Under the pieces are notes generated by a model, which did not search any database, was not told the origin of the DNA, and saw only the letters and a list, made by a program, of their open reading frames with translations. The position numbers were made by a program, and so were the translations under genes. A stretch of 62,315 nt of DNA, counting the filler, from Pirum gemmata (lineage: Eukaryota): NCBI GenBank assembly GCA_002812295.1. It is 16 parts of 16 records of this genome, joined end to end, with 100 filler letters (N's around TTAATTAATTAA, not from the genome) between each part and the next. Parts side by side here need not be neighbours in the genome. Positions count along the whole stretch, not along the records: positions 23,416 to 27,199 come from PDIN01001890.1; positions 27,300 to 31,088 come from PDIN01001891.1; positions 31,189 to 35,003 come from PDIN01001892.1; positions 35,104 to 38,907 come from PDIN01001893.1; 12 more parts are not named here. The stretch is one strand, 5' to 3'. Below are positions 25,270 to 37,686 of the stretch, piece after piece. Numbering within the stretch: position 1 is the stretch's first letter; every line of letters begins with the position of its first letter.

Positions 25270-26196
25270 TTACAAGATGAATTTTAAAAAGTAAGAAAAC
25301 ACAAATAAGTAAGCATTGACAATGCCATAATCAGTAGCACTCCCAGGCCACTCTGGATTAGCCGAATTGTTCAAATTGTTCGAATTGCCCGAATTGCCTG
25401 AATTGTCCGAATTATCCGAATTGTCCGAATTGTCCACATCGTGTACGTGGCTAGTCGTTGCTGGTTTATATTTAAGATTATCAGGTATATCCAATTTTAA
25501 TTCCTTATAAATATTTCTCAAGTGAAGTTTCCTCATGTATTTTAAACGGTATTTTGAATGTGTTCGCTCCATTCTAAGATCGTACTCATTTAAAGCGTAA
25601 AGCATAAAGTCTGTAAAATTTGAATTAATATAGAGTTTTTTCATAGCACCTACCGTATCATTAACATATTCATCTTCCACCGCTAATAGAAATTGAACAA
25701 GTTGTGACTTTGGTATATAAACTTTCATATCTAATATTTCATAAAGTTTTTCAACCCTTTTTTTCTTGAATGCCATTGAATAAACATGGGAAAGGTAATT
25801 CTCTTCTAATCCTACTAAATATCGATAGTTCTTTTTCTCAACGTTTGTTGTATTAAAGAAATTTTGTACGGCATATTCTTCCCCAAACAAATATTTATCT
25901 TCTACAGCCAGTAAAAAATTAAATCGTAATTTCATATCAATTCCTGCATTTTCCCAAGTTATTTTAATTTTACGTTTGTAATGTATTTTTTGTTTCATAT
26001 CCTTTTTGTTTTTGGGATGTTTCTTCGTGGTGAAAATAGGGGGATCCCACCGATTGCCGGGTCCATGCAACCTACTATGAGGAAATCTATGTCGATGCGG
26101 TCGTTTCCTCTTTGAAATAGCTTGCACGGATTGTGTCATAACTAGTACTAGTACTATCAGCAAAGCTGTTAAAACTTTATAACTTGACCAATTCAT
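25270..26196 (-). CDS. Secreted hypothetical protein (308 aa), possibly GPI-anchored
   Basis: AAAATG start context, signal peptide LTALLIVLVLVMTQSVQA, basic His/Pro-rich segment, DNS/GNS repeats, and a hydrophobic C-terminus (GSATDYGIVNAYLFVFSYFLKFIL). No family recognised. Confidence 0.75.
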   Translation of the reverse strand: MNWSSYKVLTALLIVLVLVMTQSVQAISKRKRPHRHRFPHSRLHGPGNRWDPPIFTTKKHPKNKKDMKQKIHYKRKIKITWENAGIDMKLRFNFLLAVEDKYLFGEEYAVQNFFNTTNVEKKNYRYLVGLEENYLSHVYSMAFKKKRVEKLYEILDMKVYIPKSQLVQFLLAVEDEYVNDTVGAMKKLYINSNFTDFMLYALNEYDLRMERTHSKYRLKYMRKLHLRNIYKELKLDIPDNLKYKPATTSHVHDVDNSDNSDNSDNSGNSGNSNNLNNSANPEWPGSATDYGIVNAYLFVFSYFLKFIL

Positions 26197-26642
26197 TTTG
26201 TTGTTATTTTAAATTTTCCGGTTATCGTTGTTGCCAAACTTTCTGAGTATTGTATTATTTCAACGTTGGTTGCTGTTGGTTGTTGTTATTGTTGTTGTTA
26301 ATAAACTTGTTTTTTGTTTGTATTTTTGGTATTGTCTTTTTAAAATTTTGTTTTTTATTAATAATTTTATTTGTTTTTAATTGATAATTTTATTTTTGCA
26401 GTATAATTTTTCTTACCTATTTATATCAAAATTTTATATAATATTATAATATTATATTATATACAAATATACAGGTAATAGGATCCGTTGGGCATAGTAA
26501 GTAGCTAACAGACTCGAACGTACTACTAGAGGTAGGCATACAGGATCCTCAGAACGCGACATATATAAAATTAATTATTTTACTCTATTTTTTTTACATA
26601 ATATTATCAATCATGTTTTTTTTTTTTTTTTTTTTTTTTTTT

Positions 26643-27199
26643 ATAGTAATAGTAATTAATTAATAGTAATAGTAATACAGTAATAGTAATAGCAATAGTG
26701 ATATAGTAGTAGTTTAGTAATAGTAATATTAATAGTATGATATAATATTATATAGTAATAATAATAGTTATAATAATAGTAGTAATAGCAATAGTAATAG
26801 TAATAGTAATAGCAATAGTGATAGTAGTAATATTATAATAATAGTAATAGTAATAGTAATGGTGATAGTAATAGTAATAGTAATAGTGATAGTAAGAGTA
26901 ATATTTTTGATAGTAATGATAATAGTAATTAATAGTAATAGTAATAGTAATTAATGGTAATAGTAATAGTAATATTTAGTAATAGTAATAGTAATAGTAA
27001 TGGTGATAGTAATAGTAATAGTAATAGTGATAGTAATAGTAATATTTTTGATAGTAATAGTAATAGTAATTAATAGTAATAGTAATAGTAATTAATAGTA
27101 ATAGTAATAGTAATATTTAGTAATAGTAATAGTAATAGAGGCCTGTAATAGTAATAGTAAGAGTAAAAGTAATAGTAATAGTAATAGTAATAGTAATAG
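26643..27199. repeat. (AATAGT)n satellite
   Basis: Direct reading. Confidence 0.95.
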
Positions 27200-29162
27200 N
27201 NNNNNNNNNNNNNNNNNNNNNNNNNNNNNNNNNNNNNNNNNNNTTAATTAATTAANNNNNNNNNNNNNNNNNNNNNNNNNNNNNNNNNNNNNNNNNNNNG
27301 AGCATCCAATTGGTAAGATGACGTCATCTCATCCCTCCTGTCATATCTATGATGAATCATTGATGATGGTGGATGGCCTGTGTAAGATGTAAGATATGCA
27401 TAGCTTAGTTAGCTCTAGCTAGCTAGCTAGCTAGTAGCTACTAGCTAGACTAGCTATGTTAGTTGAGCTAGCTAGCTAGAGAAAGTAGAGCTATCCTATG
27501 ATATCATAGCTACTAGCTAGCTAGCTAGGGTAGATAGTTTTTGGTATGATAGTTTTTGCTATCTATCTAGCTAGCTGGATAATAGTACTATAATAGTCTA
27601 TCTAGAATAGTCTATCAAAGACTCCCTAGCTAGCTACTAGCAAAAAACAAATGGATAAAGTAACACCAAGAACTGTAGTTAAACCAACGGGTGATAAAGC
27701 TAAAGAATTCCATGCAAGCCAATGACCACCAACATTTAGCCTTTGATAATATTGATGAACTATTGGTTTTTGTTTACTGTTTTTTTTTTCGTAACAGCGC
27801 GGCTAAACTGTGGCTAGCTAGCTACCTAGCTAGATAGCTACCTAGAGAACTAGCTACTGCTCCAGAGAGTTCCAGAGGCTACCTACGGGGGGTAACCTAC
27901 CTTTCTTTAATTTAATTATTTTTTAAAAAAAAAAAAGCTGGAGTCCTAGTAGCTAGACCCCCCATTACGTCTTTTTTAAATACAGCGCTAATACAACTGT
28001 TAATATGATACATGATTATCAGATTACAATCATTACAATCATTACATTCATTATACATCTATTTATAAGTTGTATAGTAATTTGTGTATTAAATATTGCT
28101 TTGTATTTTTAAAAGCAGAGACCAAAACAGTTAGTTCAAAACAAAACAATAAAAAATTGGATACTGCTGTAAATTGGAATTTAAATTGCAAGAGTGTAGT
28201 AGTTTTCATAGCATTTTTTTTCGTATAATAACTTACTTATTGATAAAATTATTTATAGTATATTTATAAATTGTTGATAAAATATTATATGATATTATTA
28301 ATAATGGGGTGGTGAATATACATACGGTGGTATAAATATTATTATGAAAAGTACAACAAGCTAAAACCAAATGGCAATCAAATCATTAACTTATACCAAA
28401 GTGTTATGAAACAAATCAACAAATTACAACTTTAATTTAACTATTATATATAACTGTAACCTACTGCTCCTCCTCTCTTTACAAGGAAAACAGGAACTTT
28501 CTTGTGTATATGCATGTTAACATGTATATCATAATTGTATTTTAATAATATTATAAATAAATTGTTTTCTTTATATAGAAGGAGTTCAAAAGAAGAAGAA
28601 TAATAATAACAATAATTGAACTCTTGAGAATACTTTGGGAATGTAGTGGAAATACTAATGCAACATACTACTCAGTGTAACATTTTAATTAATAATACAT
28701 ACTACATGCGTTTGAATTCATTATTTAATATTATGTAGTGGAAAGATTAACGCCATATACTACCCAGTGTAACATTATGATTAATAACACTTAGTGCATG
28801 CGTTCATGTTGTCATTTTTATCCCGCTTGGTAGACTAATTTTTTGTTTTGCTGTGGAGTTTTTATTATTTATATTTTTTTATCAGTAATCTAATACTGTA
28901 GCAGATATTAGTACCTACTACTATCACAGTACTGTCGATTATGATAGGATTATGGTTTACAAAACGTTTTATTAATAATTACAATATTACACAATAACGA
29001 CATCGTCTTGAAATAAAAACCATACGTATATATACCATATATATAAAAAAATCGTAAATTTTAACTTTTTAAAATAAAAACGCTTTATTTTCGTTTTTCT
29101 TGGTGTTTATGACCATTGTTATCATTCAAAAAAACTTTTCCTTGGGATTTCAATGATATTAA

Positions 29163-30849
29163 TTAAATTTGTTGAGCTGGGTACACGCAATTGGACTGAT
29201 CCAATTTAATTGGAATAGTGAAAGTATCATTCATGAATCCCATTTTTTCCATTACGTTCATAACTTCCTCGCGATATTTTGCATTAAACTTGTTGGTATC
29301 ACGAGCCACAACACTGGTTAATATAATATATACATATATAGAGTGCCAATAAGAAATTTATATTAGGTTCTAGTTTCATAAATTGATATTTCAATGTTTT
29401 TAATTGGTTGGAAATAATAACATTTTATAATATAATAAAGAATGTACCTGAGAGTGAGGCGAAGTGGATCGGAGAAGATGGCATATTCATATTTCCCTTG
29501 TACTACTGGTCCCACAGCAACAACCAAGTTTTGCATAGGATCCATGTGCTCTGGTGCAAACAAAAGCTCGGCAGGTTTTTCCACGTCTGGAATGGTGAAA
29601 GAGTAAGCAATACTTTGACGCAATGATTTATCGCTTCCAATTTGAGCGCTTAAAACATTCTGGATCACTTTACTGTCCGTGCGTTTCATGTCTAACACAT
29701 GGCATTTTCCTTTATCCGAAAGAGAGTAAATGGTAAGTTAGTTCACCATTGGCGTTAGGGTTAGGGTTAGGGTTAGGGTTAGGGTTAGGGTTAGGGTTAG
29801 GGTTACCAACCTCTTGGAGTAAGGCTTTGTACATATAAATTATCCATCACAGGAAACCAACGACCCATGAGATTGTCAATAGCCAATGGACTTACTGGAG
29901 CAGGAGGCAATGGAGAATATTGGCAGTCCTTAGGGTGTTCAACTGAAAAAGCTCGTTTCCACCATTGCGTGAATCCTATTTTAAAAACGATAGTACAGCA
30001 ATTACCATTAATTAGTGATTTATATCAGTGCAATTTTATAAATGTATAGAATTAATGACAAATACATGGTAACTCATGGTTACATCAAAAATAATAAATA
30101 CACGCATATGGTTAGGCTGATAGGTTTAGGATAAGGGATGAGACTCTTTCTTTCGTCATACCAGCCAATTCAATGTGTTTCCGTACTTCCTGTTCGTATC
30201 TCGCGGAGAAGGTATTCACATCTCTAGCTAAAACCATCAATCCCATACCAGAAGAATCAGAAACAACTGAATACTCATACATATTATTAACTTTCGGGCC
30301 AAGTTTAAGGATCCACGTTTCCAATTGACCACCGAACAAAGGCAATTTCCATTTTGATGGCTGTGGTAATGGCTCAGCTTCTAACCAAGTTTTGACACAA
30401 ACATCAGGAAGTAACATATAGTTAGCCCCTTTTACTATATCGACTTTTCGGTTTGGCCCTGGGTAATGGTCAAACGTGATACCTTGTAATAATAATAATA
30501 ATAAGTATATAAGTACATAATACATATTTGATAATTAATATGAATAGCTACATAATAAATTTTATCTCACGAAGTTAAATGAAAAACTCACTGATTACTA
30601 CAGAACACTCCGTAACTTACATTTTTGCATAGGCTCCATTTTAGTGTACATAAAAGCATTCGTCATAACCTGATACCATCGCCCATTATAAGCATTTAAA
30701 TCCATTGTAGCCACCGCTTCAAAGGGAATTGCGTTAGCTGAATTTGAAACAGATCCAGAGCTCTTCTCATCTTGATAATAATCCCAAGTTTGCCCATTAA
30801 CAATTGCAAGGACAAAAGTAGAGACAATCGCGATAGAAGAAAACAACAT
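29163..30849 (-). CDS. Secreted tandem double-lipocalin (ApoD/Blc-like), 375 aa; exons 30849-30621, 30482-30162, 29975-29811, 29709-29448, 29313-29163
   Basis: Signal peptide; two SCR1 motifs (DLNAYNGRWYQ and IDNLMGRWFP); two YEY(S/A)..SD and V(L/V)ARD motifs; paired terminal Cys. All four introns are GT-AG and phase-compatible; spliced length is 1128 nt. Confidence 0.88.
29755..29805. repeat. (TTAGGG)8 array forming half of the 101-nt lipocalin intron 3
   Basis: Direct reading. Confidence 0.95.
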
Positions 30850-33545
30850 GATAACTAAAATTTGATCAACTGAAAACTGGAAGCCAACAGAGAAGCGATT
30901 TTTTTTTTTTATTATTAAAAAACTTTTAGAATTTTTTACTTATTATTATTATTATTGATTATTGGACAAGGCTATTAATATATGTATGTGTTTTTAACTT
31001 TTCCAAAATTTAGTTTACACAGTGTCATATATATACGTTTTTATGTATTATTATTGACTTATGATTATTATCTAGAGATTATTATTAANNNNNNNNNNNN
31101 NNNNNNNNNNNNNNNNNNNNNNNNNNNNNNNNTTAATTAATTAANNNNNNNNNNNNNNNNNNNNNNNNNNNNNNNNNNNNNNNNNNNNCCCACCCACACT
31201 ACTTACAATAATAATTATTTGGGCTAGTCTATGGCTCTATGTATATATAAAATGATATGATAAAAAAAAAAATTACACTAGCTAGCTAGCTAGTAGTAGA
31301 GCACTATGATACCAGAGTGACCAGACAGTCCAGACTCTAGCTAGTAGCTAGCTATGTCATATTAAAATTACCTACTAGCTAGCTAGCTAGCTAGCTATCG
31401 ATAGAGCTTATCGATAGCCAAATTATGAGTAGGCTTCGAGTTTTCAAGCCTATTTATTAATTAAATAAGTTCGAAATTTTGAGCTTAAAATTAAGTATTC
31501 AAATATATTTATTTATTTATAAACCCGAAAAAATGGAAAAACAAATTTCGAACAGGGCTGAATTTCGGCTTTTTTTTTCGACAGCAGAAATTTGAGTTTT
31601 CGGGCTCGAGCAGAATTTACTATTATTATTAGATAAAAAATGCGACCCCATGAGCTCAAAAAACTCAAAAACACAAAATGTTCCAATTTTACATGACGCA
31701 AAAGTGACGTATATCCATCCTAGCAGTAATTACCATCATTTATATCAAATAAAGTATCTACGAATAGGGAGCAGCGTTCAAATAATACGTCACGTCAAGG
31801 GGTAGGTAGGTAGGTGGTATTTGACCGGAAATTAACGTCGAGGGGTAGGTAGGTAGGGATATTTGAAGCGGTATTTGACCAGAAATTGTGTTACGTAGTA
31901 TTTGAACGTTCCCATACCGGTTGTTTGAGTGTTGTTTGATGCTTTCTGATACCAGATAATACAACTTGAATAATAGACTATTATCATATCTTATTATTAT
32001 CAACATGAGGCCTATAGTAGTATAGTCTAGTAGTAGTATGATAGACTAGCTAGTAGAGCTCGTTGAGAGCTCGTTGCCCGAAGGCTTCAACCAGGCTCCT
32101 ATATGTTATATGTATCATAATATCACGATAACTCTCCTATGCTTTCTAGCTAGGCTACTAGTAGCTAGCTAGATATCACTAGCTAGCTATCAGTGGTAAG
32201 TAAGCTATAGTTAGGAACCAGAGTTAGGAAGCAACCAGGCTACTCTATCAAAAACTTTATCGATCATATCATATCAGTTACAGTATCATAGAGTAGTAGG
32301 CATTGCTTTCTAACTAAAGTTGAATGAATTTTGGGTTTGAATGTTTTTGATGTTTTTTAATTAATTTCTGTTTTGTTTTGTTGTTTTGTTTTGTTGTTTT
32401 GTTGTTTTTTTTCGCTGTTTTGTTTTGTATTGGGGGTTTGATTTTTTTTGGTTATCGATATCGATATCAGCTGTTTTGTTGTTTGGTTTATTATTTATTG
32501 TTTTGGTATTTTATTTTTTGTTGTTTTGTTGTTTCGATGTTTTGTTGTTTGGATGTTTGAACGTTTGGACGTTTCAATGTTTGGATGTTTGGATGTTTTG
32601 ATGTTTAATAATATTAGTATTTTGTTGTTTCGCATATATATTAATTAGTTTATCATTTTATTACTGTATTTATCTTTTTATAAACAATGCAACAAAATAA
32701 TAATGATATTGTCATATTGACTATCATATATTTTTTTAAAAATGGGGGCTCATACTGGGCTCATGCAGGAGCAGCAGGACAAACATGCATTTATGCGATT
32801 GAAACAAAATTTTAATTTATTTTAAAATGTATTAGGAAAAATTACCTCAATAGGTAACACCTAAAATGTTCATGTTGTTAATATGGGTGTTGGAACTCTT
32901 GGAAATTGCCTTGAAAAGCAATTCTAGCCTCGTCAACTCCTAAAACTGGCTTTGTGCAAAGTTCATCAAACCCCTGCCCTCCGATCTACCCCTATTTAGC
33001 TAATAATTTAGGGCCCAAAAAAGTTATCTGATATCATATAGACCCAGTATGATATATTATCCCCGTAGACCCCCCCCTATATATATTATTTTATCATAAA
33101 ATTTTTTTTAAAAAAAGATTGAGAGAAACATGTACGTATAACTTGCGCCAGTTGGTAGTGCGCAAAGTACGAAAAGCTGTACGAAAGGTGTTGCTCGAAT
33201 ATTTTCGAGATATAAATTTGGAAGTTTTTCGATAATCGGTCAATTATCGGGCTGGTAGATTGGATAATAATACCCTTTATTTAGTTAGTAGACTATTTAC
33301 AATTTTTTTTTAAAAAATACATGTACACAGTATACATGGCAGTTCCTATTTCTCGAAAAGACAGAATATTTGTCAAGCTGCGCATTTTTTCGCAATTATC
33401 AGGTAGATTTTAATTAAAAATAATTAGATACTCTTTATTCTTACTACGGGCTGGACAAAAAAAACAAAAAAAAAACAAAACAAAAAAAGACCTTGTAATA
33501 GTCTATATTATATTATATAGTATATTTTAATATATATATATTTTT

Positions 33546-33786
33546 TTAACTACCAAGCTGGATAAAAATGGCGACAACCGTCATATGAGCTCAAAATTCT
33601 AAAAATCTCAAAATAATCCGATTTTAATGAAAGTACTACCGCTATTTGAGTAATAATCTAACTAAAAAACTCTATTATGAACCAATGGCTAGTTTTAAAA
33701 ACTAATTTGGCTAGTTAGCATCAAAGGTTTTTAGAAAGAAGTCTAAAAAAAATGATTTCTACAGTTTTATCCGGCTTGGCTGTTAA
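33546..33786. mobile_element. MITE family B (about 235 bp), TTAA-bounded. Other full or partial copies near 5335-5600, 8700-8894, 19700-19850, 37890-38105, 47355-47580, 49930-50160 and 57150-57330
   Basis: TTAA-ctaccaagctggataaaa ... ttttatccggcttggctg-TTAA imperfect terminal inverted repeat; conserved internal aaactctattatga(a/g)ccaat and aaagtactacc. Confidence 0.8.
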
Positions 33787-33859
33787 AAAAAAAAAAAAAA
33801 AAAAAAAAATTTTCAAATTTTTAAAATTTCAAAAAACCCCAAAAAACCTTTTTGCGCAC

Positions 33860-33890
<31 letters not shown>

Positions 33891-34905
33891 NTTCTAATGC
33901 TTTGAAATAGTACACATGAAACACGTAATAATGTAATTATTATTATAATTAATTAAATATATCAGTATATATATAATTAATATATAATTATTAATTATTA
34001 ATATATTATATACTCTGATACAATATGAACACTTTGAAATAATATTAATTATAATTATATTAAAATTACATCAATAATATCGATATCATAAAATTATATT
34101 TAATTAATATTATACTATATATACCATATGCATATATGAGACCTCAAATAGTATACATACAATATGTATATACATACACGTGCACAATTATAGAAGTCCA
34201 AAATTTAAGGTTACCAGGGTGTTACCAGCAACCCAAAAATTATAAGCAACTCGTGATCGAGTTCTAGATCTGGCTTTGTTCTAAAACACTTGTAGACTTG
34301 AAGTTGTAAATAGTAATTACTGTACCCTTTTAATTAATAATAAACACCTTTTATAATTAATTTAAAAGCATATTTTAATATATTATATAATTTAGTTAAC
34401 GTTATGCTAATTATAATCCTAACCATAAGACCTTCCATAATACCCTAATCCCAAACCTAACCATGAGAACTACGAACAGTTCTTATGCCCTAACCCTCCC
34501 TAACCCTAACCCCAACTAACTCTAACCTTAACGTTAACACTCACTCTATTAAATATTAATAACCCTAACCCCTAAAACAGTCACAAACTCCAACTAGCTA
34601 ACTCTCTAGGCTAGCCTACTAGTAGGGCCGGGCCGTATAGACCTACCTATTTATTTATTTTAAAAATATTGTTGCCTATATAAGACTAAAAATATATGAT
34701 AAGTCCTAGACTACCTACCTACTAGAGTAATATATAAGTAGACTAGTGTCTGTCGTTCATATTATGATATTAATAATACCGGTATCATATCTTTCTACCT
34801 ACCGGTATTTTTATAAAAAAAACAATATTGATATAGTCTACTTTTTTTATTTTTTTTTTATATTACTGTAGCAGGCTAGTAGCAACTTCTTCTATCAATA
34901 TGAGG

Positions 34906-35003
<98 letters not shown>

Positions 35004-35540
35004 NNNNNNNNNNNNNNNNNNNNNNNNNNNNNNNNNNNNNNNNNNNNTTAATTAATTAANNNNNNNNNNNNNNNNNNNNNNNNNNNNNNNNNNNNNNNNN
35101 NNNAATAATAATAATAATAATAATGAATAGTTTTGGTTTGTTTCTTTTCATTACATTTAAAATTAAGTGTGTAGATTAAATTATAAACGGTAAAATTAAA
35201 TAATAGTTATATTATATATATTATAGTTGAATCAACTTTACTTCATTAATTAAAATGTTTTAATTTATTAAATCAATTATAATTTATCATGTTTTAATGG
35301 CAATATTAATGAAAATTATAATGTTAATTAAAATAATAATTATTGAATCATTTTTAAAATTAAGTATGTAGATGAAATACTATTAATTAAATTTTGCTAT
35401 TTATTGAAATGTTTTAATTTAAATTTATTAAATCAATTCATAATAAAAATATCAATACTAACGATAATATTATAAATGATAATAATATTAAATTATAAAC
35501 GGTAAAATTAAAGTAATATTTATAATGTTATATAATTATT

Positions 35541-35680
35541 ATTAAAAATGTTTCAATAATCAAAAAAACGGTAATTTCTTTGACAATCAGACTACCATTC
35601 GTTTGCAAATTTACATGAATGACCAGATGGACAACAAGTTACCCCATTAGACGAATCGCGTTTATGAATGTATTTTCCTT
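35541..35680 (-). pseudogene. Partial duplicate of the LPMO gene 3' end (CBM1 tail fused to a crystallin fragment)
   Basis: 35572-35649 matches 35901-35978, and is joined to gaatcgcgtttatgaatgtattttcctt, which matches 36171-36198. Confidence 0.85.
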
Positions 35681-35899
35681 AATTAAAAGTCAAGTAATTA
35701 AAATTTTGTATGTAGATTAAATTATAATGGTAAAATTAATGATAATATTAATATGATTATTATTATTATTATTAGTATTATTAATATATAATATTATGAA
35801 TGATTATAATATTTAATTATATGTAGATATTAAATTATAAATGGTAAAATTATATGTTATAATATGTTTATTAAAAATGTTTCAATAATCAAAAAAAAA

Positions 35900-37150
35900 T
35901 TAATTTCTTTGACAATCAGACCACCATTCGTTTGCAAATTTACATGAATGGCCGGATGGACAACAAGTTACTCCATTAAAATCTCTACCGCCACATTGAC
36001 TTAAATGGTTATTTGAACATTGTGGTGCTGAAGGTGGTGTAGGAGAAGAAGGAGGAGAAGGAGCAACATCATCACTAGGACCTTTACAACCAGCCCCATG
36101 GTTACCAATTTCCAAAGACATAATTTGTGGTTTCTGGCTATTCATTGCTAACCGATATTCAAAACAAGAAGAATCGCGTTTATGAATGTATTTTCCTTGG
36201 AAGTTGTCACTTTCAAATAAAGTAACGGAATAACCTTTCATAACTTTAACATACTGAATGTCTTTTCCGTTAAGTTTTTCCATTATTTGCTTATAAGTGT
36301 ATTCCCCTTGTTCGAATCCGACCATTGGAGAATCTTCAGAACAATCAGCACTAAATTGAACAGGAGAACTGCCACTTGAACTTCCAGTGTTTCCATTACC
36401 ATTGTTACCACTACCACCAGCACTTTTAAAGGTGGCCATGGCAGGACCAAAAAAGCTTGTTTTACTTAACGTAGCTCCAAAGTTTTTCCAGTTAGTGTGA
36501 TCTAAAGCACCGCTCGTTCCAATTTGTGTCATACCTTGGTCTACTTCAAATGTACCATTATCATTTACAACTTTGACATCAGCACAGTTAGTATACATTT
36601 CGTTGCCACCTTGGTGAGTAGCAATCCATTCCCATCTCAAAACACAATGTTCACAATTAGGAACATTGTCTGGAATTTTAATTGTGTGTTCGACATGGTC
36701 ACGTTTGAAATCACCACCATTTCTACTAAGAGAATCTTGTGGTGAACCACAACCACCCCATTCCGCAATTTTATAAAACTCGGAAGGCGTGTCACCAGCT
36801 TTGCCCACTGGTTTGGATAAATACCAATTACAAGTACCTGGATGATATGCTCTAAATTTCATAGCAATTTTCAAATTTTGTCCAGCTCTAATAGTTTGTT
36901 GATCACTAGAAGGAGTAGTAATACTACGACATTGCATATCACTATCTTTCCAATTTTGAGCCCAGGAATCACTAATGTAATTGAACTTTCTAGGGCCTTG
37001 ATTTTCCCCAACATTGTACATTGGGTGATCGTTTTGATCACATACAGCACAAGAACCACCTTGAGCTGGTCTTGGTAAAGGGAACGTCATTTGACCATGA
37101 GCGTTAACAGAAGCTGCTAAAGCCAATACGGAAGCAAGAGATCTGAACAT
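35900..37150 (-). CDS. Secreted lytic polysaccharide monooxygenase-like protein with a beta/gamma-crystallin domain and a C-terminal CBM1 (416 aa, intronless)
   Basis: Signal peptide ending VNA followed by His1 (HGQMTFPLPR); second His in AYHPGTC; CEHCVLRWEW and EMYTNCADV (axial Tyr); G/S/N linker; crystallin-like GEY...IQYVKVMKGYSVTLFESDNFQG...DSSC; P/S linker; CBM1 QCGGRDFNGVTCCPSGHSCKFANEWWSDC. Confidence 0.9.
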   Translation of the reverse strand: MFRSLASVLALAASVNAHGQMTFPLPRPAQGGSCAVCDQNDHPMYNVGENQGPRKFNYISDSWAQNWKDSDMQCRSITTPSSDQQTIRAGQNLKIAMKFRAYHPGTCNWYLSKPVGKAGDTPSEFYKIAEWGGCGSPQDSLSRNGGDFKRDHVEHTIKIPDNVPNCEHCVLRWEWIATHQGGNEMYTNCADVKVVNDNGTFEVDQGMTQIGTSGALDHTNWKNFGATLSKTSFFGPAMATFKSAGGSGNNGNGNTGSSSGSSPVQFSADCSEDSPMVGFEQGEYTYKQIMEKLNGKDIQYVKVMKGYSVTLFESDNFQGKYIHKRDSSCFEYRLAMNSQKPQIMSLEIGNHGAGCKGPSDDVAPSPPSSPTPPSAPQCSNNHLSQCGGRDFNGVTCCPSGHSCKFANEWWSDCQRN

Positions 37151-37638
37151 GTTGTAGGTTGTTTTGTGTTGTTTATATTATACAATAATATTTGTGTAGA
37201 TTCAATAGTTTTTAATAATTGCTTGTCAGTTGTCTATATATTATACAATAATATAAGATTTAATTTTTTTTTTTGTTTTTAGTAATGTGTTTTTGTTTTT
37301 TGTTTTTGTTTTTATTTTTTTCCCTTCAAGTTTGTCAACATTTATACCTTTTTTTATGTAGTATTTGGAATTTCCTTTTTTTGTATCTTTTTCTCTAAAG
37401 GCATGACCTTCTGAAAATCTAATACTATGTAATGCTGGTTACATATCGTACAACCCACTTGAGTAAAAAAATAATTATTATTTTTATCATGCCGCTGTGA
37501 ATTTCTATGGTTACAAACGAACCTACTTGTAAAATATGACTGAGAATGACGTCAACAACTATCAAAAATGAAAAAAAAAAATACTTTTTGAGTTACTTTA
37601 TGACTCTTTATGATACTTTAAAAAAAAATATTTTTTTC

Positions 37639-37686
<48 letters not shown>

